Below, one piece after another: positions 12,501 through 26,000 of a stretch of DNA of 50,662 bases. Positions within the stretch are counted from its first letter, which is position 1. Each line of letters starts with the position of its first letter. The position numbers and the translations under genes are program-made. A model generated the notes under the pieces. The model searched no databases, was not told where the DNA came from, and saw only the letters and a program-made list of their open reading frames with translations. The stretch covers positions 8,755-59,416 of the forward strand of contig MQRK01220489.1 in NCBI GenBank assembly GCA_001938485.1, in the 5' to 3' direction. The DNA is from Girardia tigrina (Eukaryota).

Positions 12501-15500
12501 TCCAATTCTGTTAAAGTCAGTTTCCTTCCTCCACCACACACGCGCGCTCTCTTGCTAGTCGGAGGAAGTATTCGGGTCTCATCTTGTAATTGTTTCTTTT
12601 GTTGCCTCCAGTCAATGATGACAGATCGAATAATTTCAAAATGTTGGGATGCAGAGCTGTTGGAAGTCTTCTTGGCATTCTCTACTACGCTTAACTTGAA
12701 TCCAAAGGTGTATGATGTCCTTTACCGACGATTGTTCGAAGTGAGAGTTGCCTCAGATTTATTGCATTCATCTTTATCTGTAATGTTGACGATATCAATT
12801 GGTAAATTACAACAATGAATCAATATCAATCTGTCATGCCAGAAAGTGAATGGTAGATAACTGCACATGCTTTTGGCTTAGAAACACCAATCAATAGAGA
12901 CATCAAGTGAAATTATGGTAGTTGTCAGGTGGAGTATTACGCACAATCATACTTTATTACTCACGCATGACAGCCGTTCTGCTTCACTACCTCACTTCAT
13001 GGTAAATAGAAGATACAGTAAGTTGGATAACTCACCAATCATCCACTGTGTGTGTTGCTGGTGATAGGGACAAATGTTGATTTTGATGATGATTTATTTT
13101 TTAAATGGTTGTTACCAGAACTGTCTAATAAAGCGATATGTCGTTCTAATTAAGTAATGTCGCTTTATTAGAAGAAAAACGGTATATATATATATATATA
13201 TTATAATAATAATAAAGCATTTTTCTCATAAAAATTTACTTGGCAAATCGAAAGACATCGAACACGAATTTTTCCATTTTAATGGCGTTTTCTTTCTCCG
13301 GAATTTCTAAACAACCAGTGTTAATATTGATGAAAGGCACTTTCTTGATGGCGATGTGTTTGGCCATTTGATCTGACCATTTGTTCTGACAAATGCGAGT
13401 CAGGAAATCAACACTGAATAAATGGGTACAAATATTGCCACTGCGGTACATCAGTCTGTTATCTTTCGAGTTTCGCATCGTGGCCGTTTCGATCGAGATC
13501 TCACTGTATTCGACAACCTAATTTTGTAAATTATTTTAAAAATGTTACAATGTTTATTCTAATGGATTAAAATTTATACATATAGAATCACATTTAAACT
13601 TTCCACAGAGGATTATTTAAAGAAATGCTTATCCAAAAGTTTTTTTCGAAAAATGCAGAACCGAGATACCGATATTTTGACAATGATCATATTCAAAGGA
13701 TTATTAGTTGTGTTTCAATGTTTTTTTAATTACAATACTTCCTTTTAATTTAAGCCCAATCTCAAAACAGTCTAAACAAATATTGATACTTTCGTATCTA
13801 TTCGGTAGGTTTTATCTGTTCAAAAAAGGTTGTTGCTAGGAGCCCAATGTTAGTATTTATTAACGACTCAATGACTTTAACGTTCATTAAAACAGTAATG
13901 GTTGATCTCAGTGACCTAAGAATATAAAATTATAATTGTTTTATTTATAATCAATCTAACACAGTGTTCGTTAACGGTTTCGTGATACTGTTTGAACAAA
14001 AACATTGGCAAATAACAAAAGCTATGGGCATAAATGGGTTAATAGAGAATCATGTCGATAACAATCAAATATAACAAATCTTTGAAATATTTCATTCGCT
14101 AACATTTTTTTACAAGCTTTTATTACGTTTCATTTGTTTGTTTTGTCTGTCTGGATGCATCAAATCTTGCGATCAAAAATTTACCCACTTCCCGTTCACC
14201 TAGCGACATGAAATTATCAGGACTGATGTATTCTAGGTGACAATACACTTTTTCACTGTCACTGCTCATCTACCGCCTTTAGTTTGGCCGCAAAAAGTAA
14301 TTAAAGTGTCGTTCTAATGTTTTCCTCAGCAGTAGGCTTTGAAATTTGCTACATGTAAATGCAAATAGAAAGCGGGTTTTCGCCTAGTAGGCTTTGATAA
14401 TTCAGTCAAAAAAATGTGGGAAGTGGGTGAAATAGATACAGAACCGCAAATATATGACAAATTATAAAAGCTTGTACACCAAAATTTTTTTTGGTATGAT
14501 TATATTATTCTGACAAAAAAGTCGATGATCGGAGACAAATTTTATTCGAATAATAATTGATTTTAAAATATTTTAAGATATTCAAAAACTGTTTACGAAT
14601 GTCAAATTCTGAACTAATACTTCACCACTACAGCTTATTTTTGTAAAGATTGATATAATATGATTAATAAAATTTTGAAACCATTATTTATTCAGCAAAA
14701 TTCTATTTCTTCAATGTAATTTTTTTGAGTTCGTCTGTGACTAAATAAATGTTCAACACCTTTACGCTCTATCTGATATTGTATGCTTGTTTTTTTATTG
14801 TGTTCAATAATTCTACATTTATTTTAGACTTCTTGAGCATGGTCAAAGAGCATTTTTGAATGATATTTTATTTTAACTTCAAATTTCGGCAATCTGCAGC
14901 TGAGGATGCCTAAAATTGTTGGAGAAAGCAGTGTAAATCAATGATACCATATAAATTTAATTTCAGATATTTCAGCCTAGAAGATACACCACGATGATGT
15001 CGACTTATAATAATCTAAGACGAAGATCTGAAGACCCTGGTGGAACTTTACTCCTCTCCAACGATTCTAGGGATTGTTAAAGAACCAGACATCAGTCACA
15101 CTGCTATTGTCGATTGTTTCAAGCACATTTGAAAGGTGAATAAACTCGGCCGACATTGTTATGTATTTAAGTTTGTTCTTCTTTGCTTTTGCAAAACAAA
15201 AATGACCAGTTTGAATCGAATCTTCAGGTGATACAAAGGGAATTCTTTACGAAAACCAGTGACATTCTAGACAGTAGTTCGACGCCGGCCAACTCTTCAA
15301 GTACTTGTAAAAGGCTAAAAACCCACGAGAAAATCTTTGACTACAGCATGATGGGCGGTAGCTGGTGTGATCCAGAACGTTTTGGAATCAGGCCAAATCA
15401 TCACAGAAGAGTTATACAGTGAAAAAAATCACCCAAACATACTTTTCCGACATTGCGCCGACCAACTACCACAATTTCAAGGAATTTAATAACTCTCAGC

Positions 15501-18500
15501 AATCAGAAAAAGCAAGAATAGTATCGTTAAGATTTCGTTGTGTTTTGAGCACGAATTTATTTTCGCTGATAGAATAAATCGACTTGTATCGCGTTGGTAA
15601 AAGTGCGCTGATTCTAAAACTAAGTCGGCAGGAAAGGTAAACTTTTACAAACAATTTAATGATAAAATAAAACATATTAAAATAGCCATAATTTTTATAT
15701 GTATATATGATTCAATGAAAGTATAAAATATTGCCCCACTTACTCGGAACTTGCCTTTGACTTTTCCTACTATTCCAACGGCTTCCTTTGGGTCGACTTT
15801 CTCCACAACTTTTGCAGCGCATTCCACACCTTTTTCCACACAAAATCCAAGAAAAACAGGATCGGCTATTTTCACCAGGATATTGTCGACTCCATATACG
15901 ATAGAGTACTTGATCTTCCGTTTGATCATGTCTCTAATCAAATCAGTATTCTGAAGGGCACGGTATAGACCACCATTTCCATCTAGAATTTTTGTTTAAA
16001 ATAAAAAATCATACCACTAGAATTGAACAAAGATTTTACAAACGAGATTCCTTTGATCTAAATATATTTACACTAGAGTTTTTACCGCTTATTAATTAAA
16101 ACAGATCAAAGATTAGAGTAGTAACAGACCATTGTCATTATCTGACCTTTAGATAGGAATTAAGAAAGTTTGTGTTTATTTGAAAAAGTTATAACACTCT
16201 AAATAAGTACAATTGAAAAAATTCAATTCCAAATCCAAATTCATTCAGTAAAGACTTGACCTTCAATAGATGGCAGACTTTTAACAGTAAGAATAAGAGA
16301 AAAATTTACGACTTTGATTTTGTTATTATGTATTTCGATGAATCTTCTCGTCTCCTCCTCCCTTCTAGATCTTTTATTTGTGGATTCTAGTATTGATCTA
16401 AGTCATAATTAATATAATACAAGAAGGATTTGGGGATCATGTAAAGATCATAAGTCTCAAAGGAGGGCGATTTATCTTCGGTACGTTAGGGTATTTAATT
16501 TTTACAATAAACAATAATTTCTTTATTGACTTGCAAGGACATGATTCTTGCTCAAATATACAAGGTGCGTACGGTGTTTGAGGACAGATTTGTTTTTAAA
16601 AAATAGGATATACAATAATAGATAATAACTTTATTGTTGAAGAATGCTATAAGCATGAAAATAAATTATATTTTTTACAATATTATTCAATCAAACTGCC
16701 TCCAGTTCAATGATGTATTCTACGCCAGATCTAAATCGTCTACCAGATTGAGTTAAATGATTCTTGTTCATATTGTACATTATCCTGATTATGGGAGCTT
16801 CCAAAGATTCTTTTGTGTTATGAGGACGTTCATTGACCTCTCTCTCACCAACGCTCCAAACGTAGTGGTCAAATGGATTAAGATCTGGGGAACTAGGGGT
16901 CAAAATATTATGAGTTCTGTGGTTGTGAAAATTTTCAGCCATCCATCCGTGTGTTTCTTGAACCTTACGTAATGGTACATAGTCCTACTGCAATAAATAA
17001 GGCCTTCCATTTCATACATTGTCGATCCATGGCTAAACTACTCTTTCCAGAACGACAATATAGGCAGCTATGTTAATTAGAAGGCATTGCCGAAAGACAT
17101 AAAGAGGCATCACGGGACCATCATTGCTAAAAGCCCCGAAAACCATAACAGTTGCCAGAAATTTCGTGTGCATAACTACTAGAACATCTCTTGGGTAAGC
17201 TGAGTGTTTGCTATTACTATCACTCTAAAAAGAAATCAAATGTAATAAAATACAGAAAAAACCGGGCAACTATGTCGTCAAATACTGTACGCATCTTGTA
17301 CATGTATATCAATATTTATCAGGTAGAGCTTCTCGTTTCGAAAAAAAACTATCATTTTTCGATGTCATTCATTTAAACGATATTTAGAATGTTTTATATT
17401 TAAGAATTTGGTACATCTCCCGATTTTTCTAGTATGTACTTGATCATCTTAATGATGCCATTTTCCAGTATTCGTTATGCATGACAACAACTATGGCCAT
17501 TGACGGGATGGGATTCGAATCCAATTTATTAAAGACTCGTAATAACCTAGTTCAACAGATCTATTCAATCCGCTTGTTTGACAAAGTCGGTGTGATTGGA
17601 ACTAAACAGTTCAATAACCTTTTGATTAGACAAACTAAGCGCCGGATCTATTCCGGATCTTGAGAGATATTCGACATATATCGACATTCCTCGCTCCGAT
17701 ATAAACAATGTTCATTCCAGGTCTATGCCACATTCCATAGAAACATGACTTTGACGATTTTTAAGAATTCTTTACATGACTGAAGGTATTTTGGGGATTT
17801 TAATCCAGCCCACAGCTGTTTTAAATCAATAAGTTTTCTGCATAGATTATTAATAATTATGGAAAATGTGGCAAATTAATCAACAAAATAGGGCTGTAGA
17901 ACGATCGTTTATTATTTATTTTATAAAGCCAAACAAAAGGTAGATTTACAAATGAAAGTCAAACCAAATACAACTATGGCTGGGAACCTTTATTGAAGCT
18001 AGAAAGATCATGGACACTCTAGTATCGAAAATAATTTATCTCCATTTTATTAAATTTCTGAAAACGAAATTAAATTTGTTTATTGAAATCACATTGACCT
18101 AAAAACTGAGACCACAAATATAAAAATACGTGGGGATAAAAAGTTCTCAGACAAACATATATTTCAGAAAGACAGGGGAGCCAAATTTTATAATTACAAC
18201 AGAAATTATGTAGTTAATTAAAATAGTAATAGTTGTAAATTTTGAATACAATCAGTCGGTGTTTATTTAATTAGTGTAATTAGTGCAATTAGTTTAGTAC
18301 AATTAGTCAATTAAGTAGTACAATTAGTTAATGAGTCTTTGTCAGACCCATCTTAGCAAGTCTGAGTGGGTTCGTATTCAAATCGCAAGACAGCAGCTGA
18401 AGAAAATTTACGGAATTGATACTTCAGTTTCCTTTTCTGCTGACAATCTTACCATATATTTCACAATGGGCAATTACGTCCTTATCATCAACAGTGCTAG

Positions 18501-20031
18501 CATGCTCAAATGAAATCCATCCATGAGTCTCTTGCCGGTTTCCTCCGATTGACGCATGTATTAGGGGTACCCAAATGTTATGTCGTTTTTTATTGATTTT
18601 TAGAAACAAAAATAAAACCATATAAAACATTTATTTAATCAGAAAAATAGTCCCCATCGCAATCGATGACCTTNNNNNNNNNNNNNNNNNNNNNNNNNNN
18701 NNNNNNNNNNNNNNNNNNNNNNNNNNNNNNNNNNNNNNNNNNNNNNNNNNNNNNNNNNNNNNNNNNNNNNNNNNNNNNNNNNNNNNNNNNNNNNNNNNNN
18801 NNNNNNNNNNNNNNNNNNNNNNNNNNNNNNNNNNNNNNNNNNNNNNNNNNNNNNNNNNNNNNNNNNNNNNNNNNNNNNNNNNNNNNNNNNNNNNNNNNNN
18901 NNNNNNNNNNNNNNNNNNNNNNNNNNNNNNNNNNNNNNNNNNNNNNNNNNNNNNNNNNNNNNNNNNNNNNNNNNNNNNNNNNNNNNNNNNNNNNNNNNNN
19001 NNNNNNNNNNNNNNNNNNNNNNNNNNNNNNNNNNNNNNNNNNNNNNNNNNNNNNNNNNNNNNNNNNNNNNNNNNNNNNNNNNNNNNNNNNNNNNNNNNNN
19101 NNNNNNNNNNNNNNNNNNNNNNNNNNNNNNNNNNNNNNNNNNNNNNNNNNNNNNNNNNNNNNNNNNNNNNNNNNNNNNNNNNNNNNNNNNNNNNNNNNNN
19201 NNNNNNNNNNNNNNNNNNNNNNNNNNNNNNNNNNNNNNNNNNNNNNNNNNNNNNNNNNNNNNNNNNNNNNNNNNNNNNNNNNNNNNNNNNNNNNNNNNNN
19301 NNNNNNNNNNNNNNNNNNNNNNNNNNNNNNNNNNNNNNNNNNNNNNNNNNNNNNNNNNNNNNNNNNNNNNNNNNNNNNNNNNNNNNNNNNNNNNNNNNNN
19401 NNNNNNNNNNNNNNNNNNNNNNNNNNNNNNNNNNNNNNNNNNNNNNNNNNNNNNNNNNNNNNNNNNNNNNNNNNNNNNNNNNNNNNNNNNNNNNNNNNNN
19501 NNNNNNNNNNNNNNNNNNNNNNNNNNNNNNNNNNNNNNNNNNNNNNNNNNNNNNNNNNNNNNNNNNNNNNNNNNNNNNNNNNNNNNNNNNNNNNNNNNNN
19601 NNNNNNNNNNNNNNNNNNNNNNNNNNNNNNNNNNNNNNNNNNNNNNNNNNNNNNNNACAATGACGCAAATGTGACTCATCCAATTTGTCTATTTCATCAA
19701 TAAAATCATATGACATTTTATCTAAAAATAGGCACAAATCAAAGTTAATACACTAACTGAAATTAATAAAAAAAATGGTAGAGTCAAAATAATGTAGGCG
19801 GCAGTTAAACGATTTAGAAAAATATATCAAAAAAAACGACATAACATTTGGGTACCCCTAATAATTCGCCTTCAAAAACATGGCTGGGCAAAGCTAACAT
19901 TTGTAAATTCCACTCACAATGCAGCCTTAAACAAAAGGATTATTAGTGCAATTAAAAAGACCCATTAGTGCAATTAGTTTTTTACTATTGAAGAATGCTG
20001 AATGAGTATAGGGGCGAAAAACTAATCTAAT

Positions 20032-20074
<43 letters not shown>

Positions 20075-23000
20075 TGCAGTTGTGATTTAGTATCACCTTG
20101 TAAAGCGAATGATTATAAGCATTGGTGACGAAATGTCCTCAACTTATTCTCAAACTTTAAATGGGTATCTTTCTTTAATATTTTTGTCGAAGATATACGT
20201 AGTATAAAAGTGCTCAGTGGGCCATTTTTGGTAAGTAGAACTGGCGATGTTGGATGAACCAAATATCCGGTTAAGGTACCTAACATTATCCAGTTGCAAG
20301 AAACAACAGTGAAGAAGACCCATCAAAAGTAGTCAAGAGTTTTCTTCTGGTCGAAAAATGTTTCACTGTGAAAGTAGTAAATGACAAGTAAGAACTGGTT
20401 CATAGAAAAGTTTGAAATTAAGGTCTAGAGGAGATAGATTAACCAAATGGAGCCGCGATATCTGTTGATAGAACCGTGGAGCTTCATCTAAATAAATTGG
20501 AAATTAAGGAGTGGAAATCTCCACCTGTTAGGGTGAAGTTGATTGTGTTTAGTCTCCTAAAAACCCATATCTCATAAAAAATGTGTCATGTTTAGCATCT
20601 TTTTGGATTCCAAAAAAGTATTTGATCATTTTCCAGAAAGAATCACTCAACAAATGTTCTAAACCATGGTGATACATTAAAAAAATGTAAGTTTGCATTG
20701 GAACTACATTGAAAAACAAAACTTCGAAGGAATTCTTGGTATTCAACAAGTTTTTAAAGATGACTTCTTATAAACCACACTTGATTAATACTTGACAAAA
20801 AAATTTAATATTTTTAAACATTCTATTTTTGATTGATGATTTTTGAATCATAAAAATGAAACATTATACGGATCACAACTTATGGCCACCAAAAGTAATG
20901 GTATTTGTCGACCCCAGGAAAGATTATAACCAAATTCTAAACGGATGATCCACTTTATATTGGAGAATCCATAAACCAGATCTTATGGTATTTGTAGTGG
21001 TCACCTTTGTAAAAAATTTAGGAAATTAATTTTTACATAAATATTTATACATATAAATTAAATATATTAAAATTACCATATCAATTATCTATAACACAAA
21101 TGAAAACAATTTGTTTATTCAAATTACTTTTTGGTGTAAATTTGAATTTAAAATAAATTTTTCCTTCGATCGTTCCTTTTATTGTCAATGAAGTTGAACT
21201 TTCCGTTGAGTCATTTCCCACACAACAGTATTATTAGAAATAGTATTTACAAATTATAATTTCTCTGACCTTAATTAGATTTTAAGAAGATCTTTAATAA
21301 AATTTTTACAAACAATCAAGTCTTATTTGAAGAATTATATTTCTTTAAATTATTAGTTACATTAAATGGTATTTTTATATAAATATTTGGTAAAATAAAA
21401 CTTGTTTAATACTGTGAGGGAAAATTTGGAATGTTGTAAGTTTGCTGTTTAGATTTGCGACTCTCCTACTCAGATGGGATTGATATGTTTATTGACTGAT
21501 TATTTGAATCTAATGATATTAATTTTAAGTACTAAATAATTAAAGTTTGATAATTATGAATTTTAATAATATTTTTAGTAAACGATTTTAACTTATTAAA
21601 TGTAATATATTTTAAAAATTAATGTTCATTTAATAAATTACCTAATACCTTATATCCAATAAAATTTAAGAAATTAATATTAAAAATCTCCCATTCATTG
21701 TTTTTTTTTAGATTTGAATACAGAAACAAAAACTATATCAATCAAAGAAAGACGCTCTCTGAAAATTGTTGTGAAGAATCTGTTTGTGTTGTCAATAAAT
21801 GATAGCATTTGAATTGTGATGTTGTTAATAAATACCATATTTTATCTGACAAGAGGATCTCTTCTTATACATAGAAGAAACAAATAGTCACTTTCGAACG
21901 AAAATTGCAGAACAAACCATATCAAGTAGAAAACGCTCAATTTTGAATCACATTGGATATGTCATGAAACATATAGAAACATACAAGAGAATAATTTTCG
22001 GGTTTCAATTAGCAATTTTTATAACAAATATGACAGGATAAAAACTGAAACACTGGTAATAAAGTAAAAAAAACTTGTTTAAACGTGCAAAGTGATCCAT
22101 CAAATCATATTAGGATATTTTGATGAAAGACTAAGGTATAATGGTCATATGGTAGTGCTGCTCAACGGTTTAGAATCATAAGGACAAAATTAAAGTAGGA
22201 CTTCAATGTTCGTACTTGATAGAAAGATTCCCTAAACAAGTCATTAAAAAATGCATTTCAAGATATTTCCTTTTTAACAGAAATCTAAAATAATAATCAA
22301 TATAAACTATATAAGAATGTAAAGGAAAAATATTTGTTTAGACGAAAGAGTGTAAAATAAAGAGTAAATAATTGTAGAGCCAGACAAACAAATTAATGAG
22401 CAATTAATATGTAATAGGAAGTTCCAAACCAATTTGTGTTGTTATACAAGAGATATTATTAATATAAAATCATAAAAACCTGGGGATTTTGAGATCTTTG
22501 ATTTGGTCTCCAGAATTATTTTGCCATCGCTCCCGACGACTGGAAGAGTAAATTGCTCAAAGAAAATGACCTGGTTTTCTTCGAGACCAAAGTAATTGTT
22601 TTGCTCAAAGTAATATTTGGTTGCCGTCTTCGTGCAATCCGATGTCATAATATACCTAAGGTAGTGAGCATATAATGAAATCTTCTAAACGAATATGAAA
22701 TATACATACAATAATCTATGATTAATGGTACTCGTAAATATATAAATGTCAACATAGTCATTAAGATTGTATACACAATCAGTACAAAATAAAATCGTTT
22801 CAAGACAAATTTGTGAATAGAGACAACTCATGTAGAAGTAGTCTTACGGATGGAAAAACGTATAACGTATAGAGTGACGTAGAACCATACAGTGAAACAA
22901 CTGTTACAAACTTCTTATGTGTATAGAAGAACAAACTGAAACAAAAAACGAATACTTTTAATGTTTTCAAATTAACGCAAATTAATTAATATTATAAAGA

Positions 23001-26000
23001 ATTGTTAAACTAATTATCATTTGTTTTTTAAACCAATATCGGATGCATAATTTCGACACGAAGTGAACTCTTAAATGGTGTATTCCAACAAACAGCATAT
23101 GCAAATACCTAATTATTCCACCCACAATTCTGCCAAATTTGATATCGAACGAGAATAATTTATCCATTTCCACCCCAAAACAAAATTTAGTCATTATATT
23201 TTGTGCACTTTGCATAGAAAATAAGCAATTTTCTGACATTTATCCATGGCTTCTGCAACGATGGATTCTGTGATTTCCATTCTCTGACATTTCTTTTCTC
23301 AAATATTTTTCTTTAAATTCTTAAGGATTTATATTCTTTAGAAATATTAGGTACCCGCAACTCTATTGAAACTTAGAACAATATTATTTAATAAAAAACG
23401 GACACAAGAAATCATATAAATTGTTCGATAAAATATGCCCTGATTTTTACAACGTTTTTATTAGCTTGCTTTCTTGTCTGTTTGTCTGTCTGGAACCAAT
23501 CTTACGATTGATTTTTCGACCACTTTCAGTCATCCAATTGAGCTGAATTGTTTTATACAGGCTTGCTTCCGATGACAATACAATATTTTAAAAAAAATTT
23601 TGAAAAAAAATAATTTTTTCTAATTTTTTTTGCAAAAAAACACTTACGATTATCTACAAATTTATACACTGTATTAAATAGCAATCTTTTCGTTTATTTT
23701 CATGAATGAAGTTTTATACAGGCATATTTTATTTTTTATACACTTCTTGTTGGGATTTTTCCTTCCTTTTTACCACGTTTTTATTAGCTTGCTTTCTTGT
23801 CTGTCTGGAACAAATCTTGCGATTGATTTTTCGACCACTTTCAGTCATCCGATTGAGCTGAATTTTTTTATACAGGCTTGCTTCCGATGACAATACAATT
23901 GGATAAAAAAAATTTGAAAAAAAATATTTTTTTCTAATTTTTTTGCAAAAAAGCACTTACGATTATCTACAAATTTATACACTGTATTAAATAGCAATCT
24001 TTTCGTTTATTTTCATGAATGAAGTTTTATACAGGCTTGCTTCCGATGACAATACANNNNNNNNNNNNNNNNNNNNNNNNNNNNNNNNNNNNNNNNNNNN
24101 NNNNNNGAAAAAAAATTCCTAAATGATAACTAAAAATAGTTAAATAATATTATTAATAAAAAAAATTTTTTATAAAAACAACCACGTTTTTCAAGCATTA
24201 CCAATGCACTAAAAGGAGGAAAATATTTTTTTTCTAGACATGTGAGAAATTTTATACCTAACCAAAAAGGGGCATAGAAATGATCGATTGTTACTAAAAA
24301 GTAGTAAAGAGGAAATAGCAGTTACTAATAGCAGTAATTCAGAAATCCGCCCCACGTTTTCGGTTAGGTATAAAATTTCTCACATGTCTAGAAAAAAATT
24401 ATTTTCCTCCTTTAAGTGCATTGGTAATGCTTGAAAAACGTGGTTGTTTTTATAAAAAAAATTTTTTATTAATAATATTATTATCATATAGGAATACTTT
24501 ACATCCAAATATTGTTTTCGCAGAGGAGTTGGAAAAGAATGTTTTATAACGCTTTTAGATTTGTTAATTGAAAAGAAGAGGTAGTCAATTATGAGACTGA
24601 GATGTATGGAAAGAAAACGGATATTGGTTTATACACTGCTCATAAAAGTTAAAAGGGTTTTTTACTTGGTCTTTGTCTTCATTATATGCAAAAGCTGATG
24701 CTAGCAAAGATAAGTTAACTGAACTTTTGCATAAAATTGGCTATTTAACATAGTTTCTTAAAAGATTAATTAATGAAATAAATAAATAAATTCAAGTAAA
24801 AAAGAATTGGAGAAAAAGTGAATCAAAACCTTATTAACGACATTGTGATTATTCCTCATTCATAAACTTGTGAAATATTCAACTTTATTTTAGAATCAAT
24901 CGTCAATACAACTTTAACCTAAAAAATATATGCAAATCTTGTAAGATTACAAAGATTTTTTGTAATTATAAGGGGTCAGTTTAAATTTTCGATTCGCTGA
25001 ATAATTTTTAATTTAAAAATTTTACAAAAATTAAATAATAAAAACAGAGTTTAAAATCAAAAAAAAATTTAAAGTTGATATATTTCAATTGAAAGTTTTA
25101 AAATAAAAATTTTAAAAGAAATAATACAATAAAAAAAGTTTTTGCGTAAATTTTTATATCAAGCTGCTACAAAAGTTTTTACGAAATTAAATAGTTTTTT
25201 TCAAATTAATTTTAAAATTAGATATTTATATAAATGTCAAAATTAGTTTTATTGTGTTTAGAATATTTTTTAAAGACTTAGTGTAAATAAAATTTTCAAC
25301 AAAAAAAATATTTTCAAAATTTTATAAGTTGATTGCATCTTATTTAAATGAAATAAATTAATTTTATATGTAATAAAAAAATTATAAAAGCATTCTAAAA
25401 ATAGTAAAAAAAGTTTTAATTAAAAAGAAAAGTTCAAAAATATTTTATCAAGTATAATAAATTATTTTTAAAGTTTTTATTTAATGGAATAAATTAATTT
25501 TATTTGTCATATAATTTTAAAAATGCATTTTAAAAATAATAAAAATTTGAAATAGTAAAAAGTCAAAAATAAGTTATGAAATATAATAAATTATTTTTAA
25601 AGTTTAAAATGTTTTTTTTACAAATTGAAAGTAAAATAAAATTTATGAGACGAGACGAAAATTTTAATTAGCGAAAATTTGTTTGAAAATTGGGAGTTGA
25701 GATATTAATAAATTTTGTAAAGTTAAATTATGACTTCTGAAATTGATAATAATGAAAGTGGCATAAACGCTACCTACAGTAATAAATACCGAACTATATT
25801 TGTAGTAAGGGTAATACCACATAAATCGGAGAGACGTCTCATTACCTCAGTAAAAATCCAGGAGCAAAGTAGAATGCTTGAAATAAAGGTGGCCGTATGA
25901 ATAAAGTTTGTAGATCGGATTCGAAAATAACCAATTTTAAAATACTATGCAGTAATTTCAAAAAGTATTGAGGAACAATCGTGATGTATTATTGATTAAA

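Noticed and set aside
14895-14935. ctgagga-tgcc...ggagaaa hammerhead-like string
   Set aside because: Stems I and III cannot be formed convincingly, and it lies in a mariner remnant.
15751-15954. Plus-strand ORFs overlapping UAP1 exons or the LTR element (e.g. 8492, 15751, 37610, 42569-43784)
   Set aside because: These are antisense shadows of the real minus-strand coding frames.
17370-17830. Possible retroelement remnants here and at 20284-20550, 22982-23330, 35780-36060; possible Tc1-type remnant at 48880-49400
   Set aside because: Too degenerate to assign by eye. Some may be sense to UAP1, so I do not claim a general antisense bias for all retro-inserts.
18631-19737. Long ORFs in the ORF track (also 29644-30510, 9368-9604, 36408-36647)
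   Set aside because: They consist of N runs (assembly gaps), not real coding sequence.
20270-20285. ttaaggtacctaa resembling the R2 insertion site
   Set aside because: This is a different LSU region, upstream of the true R2 site, and no R2 sequence is recognisable beside it.
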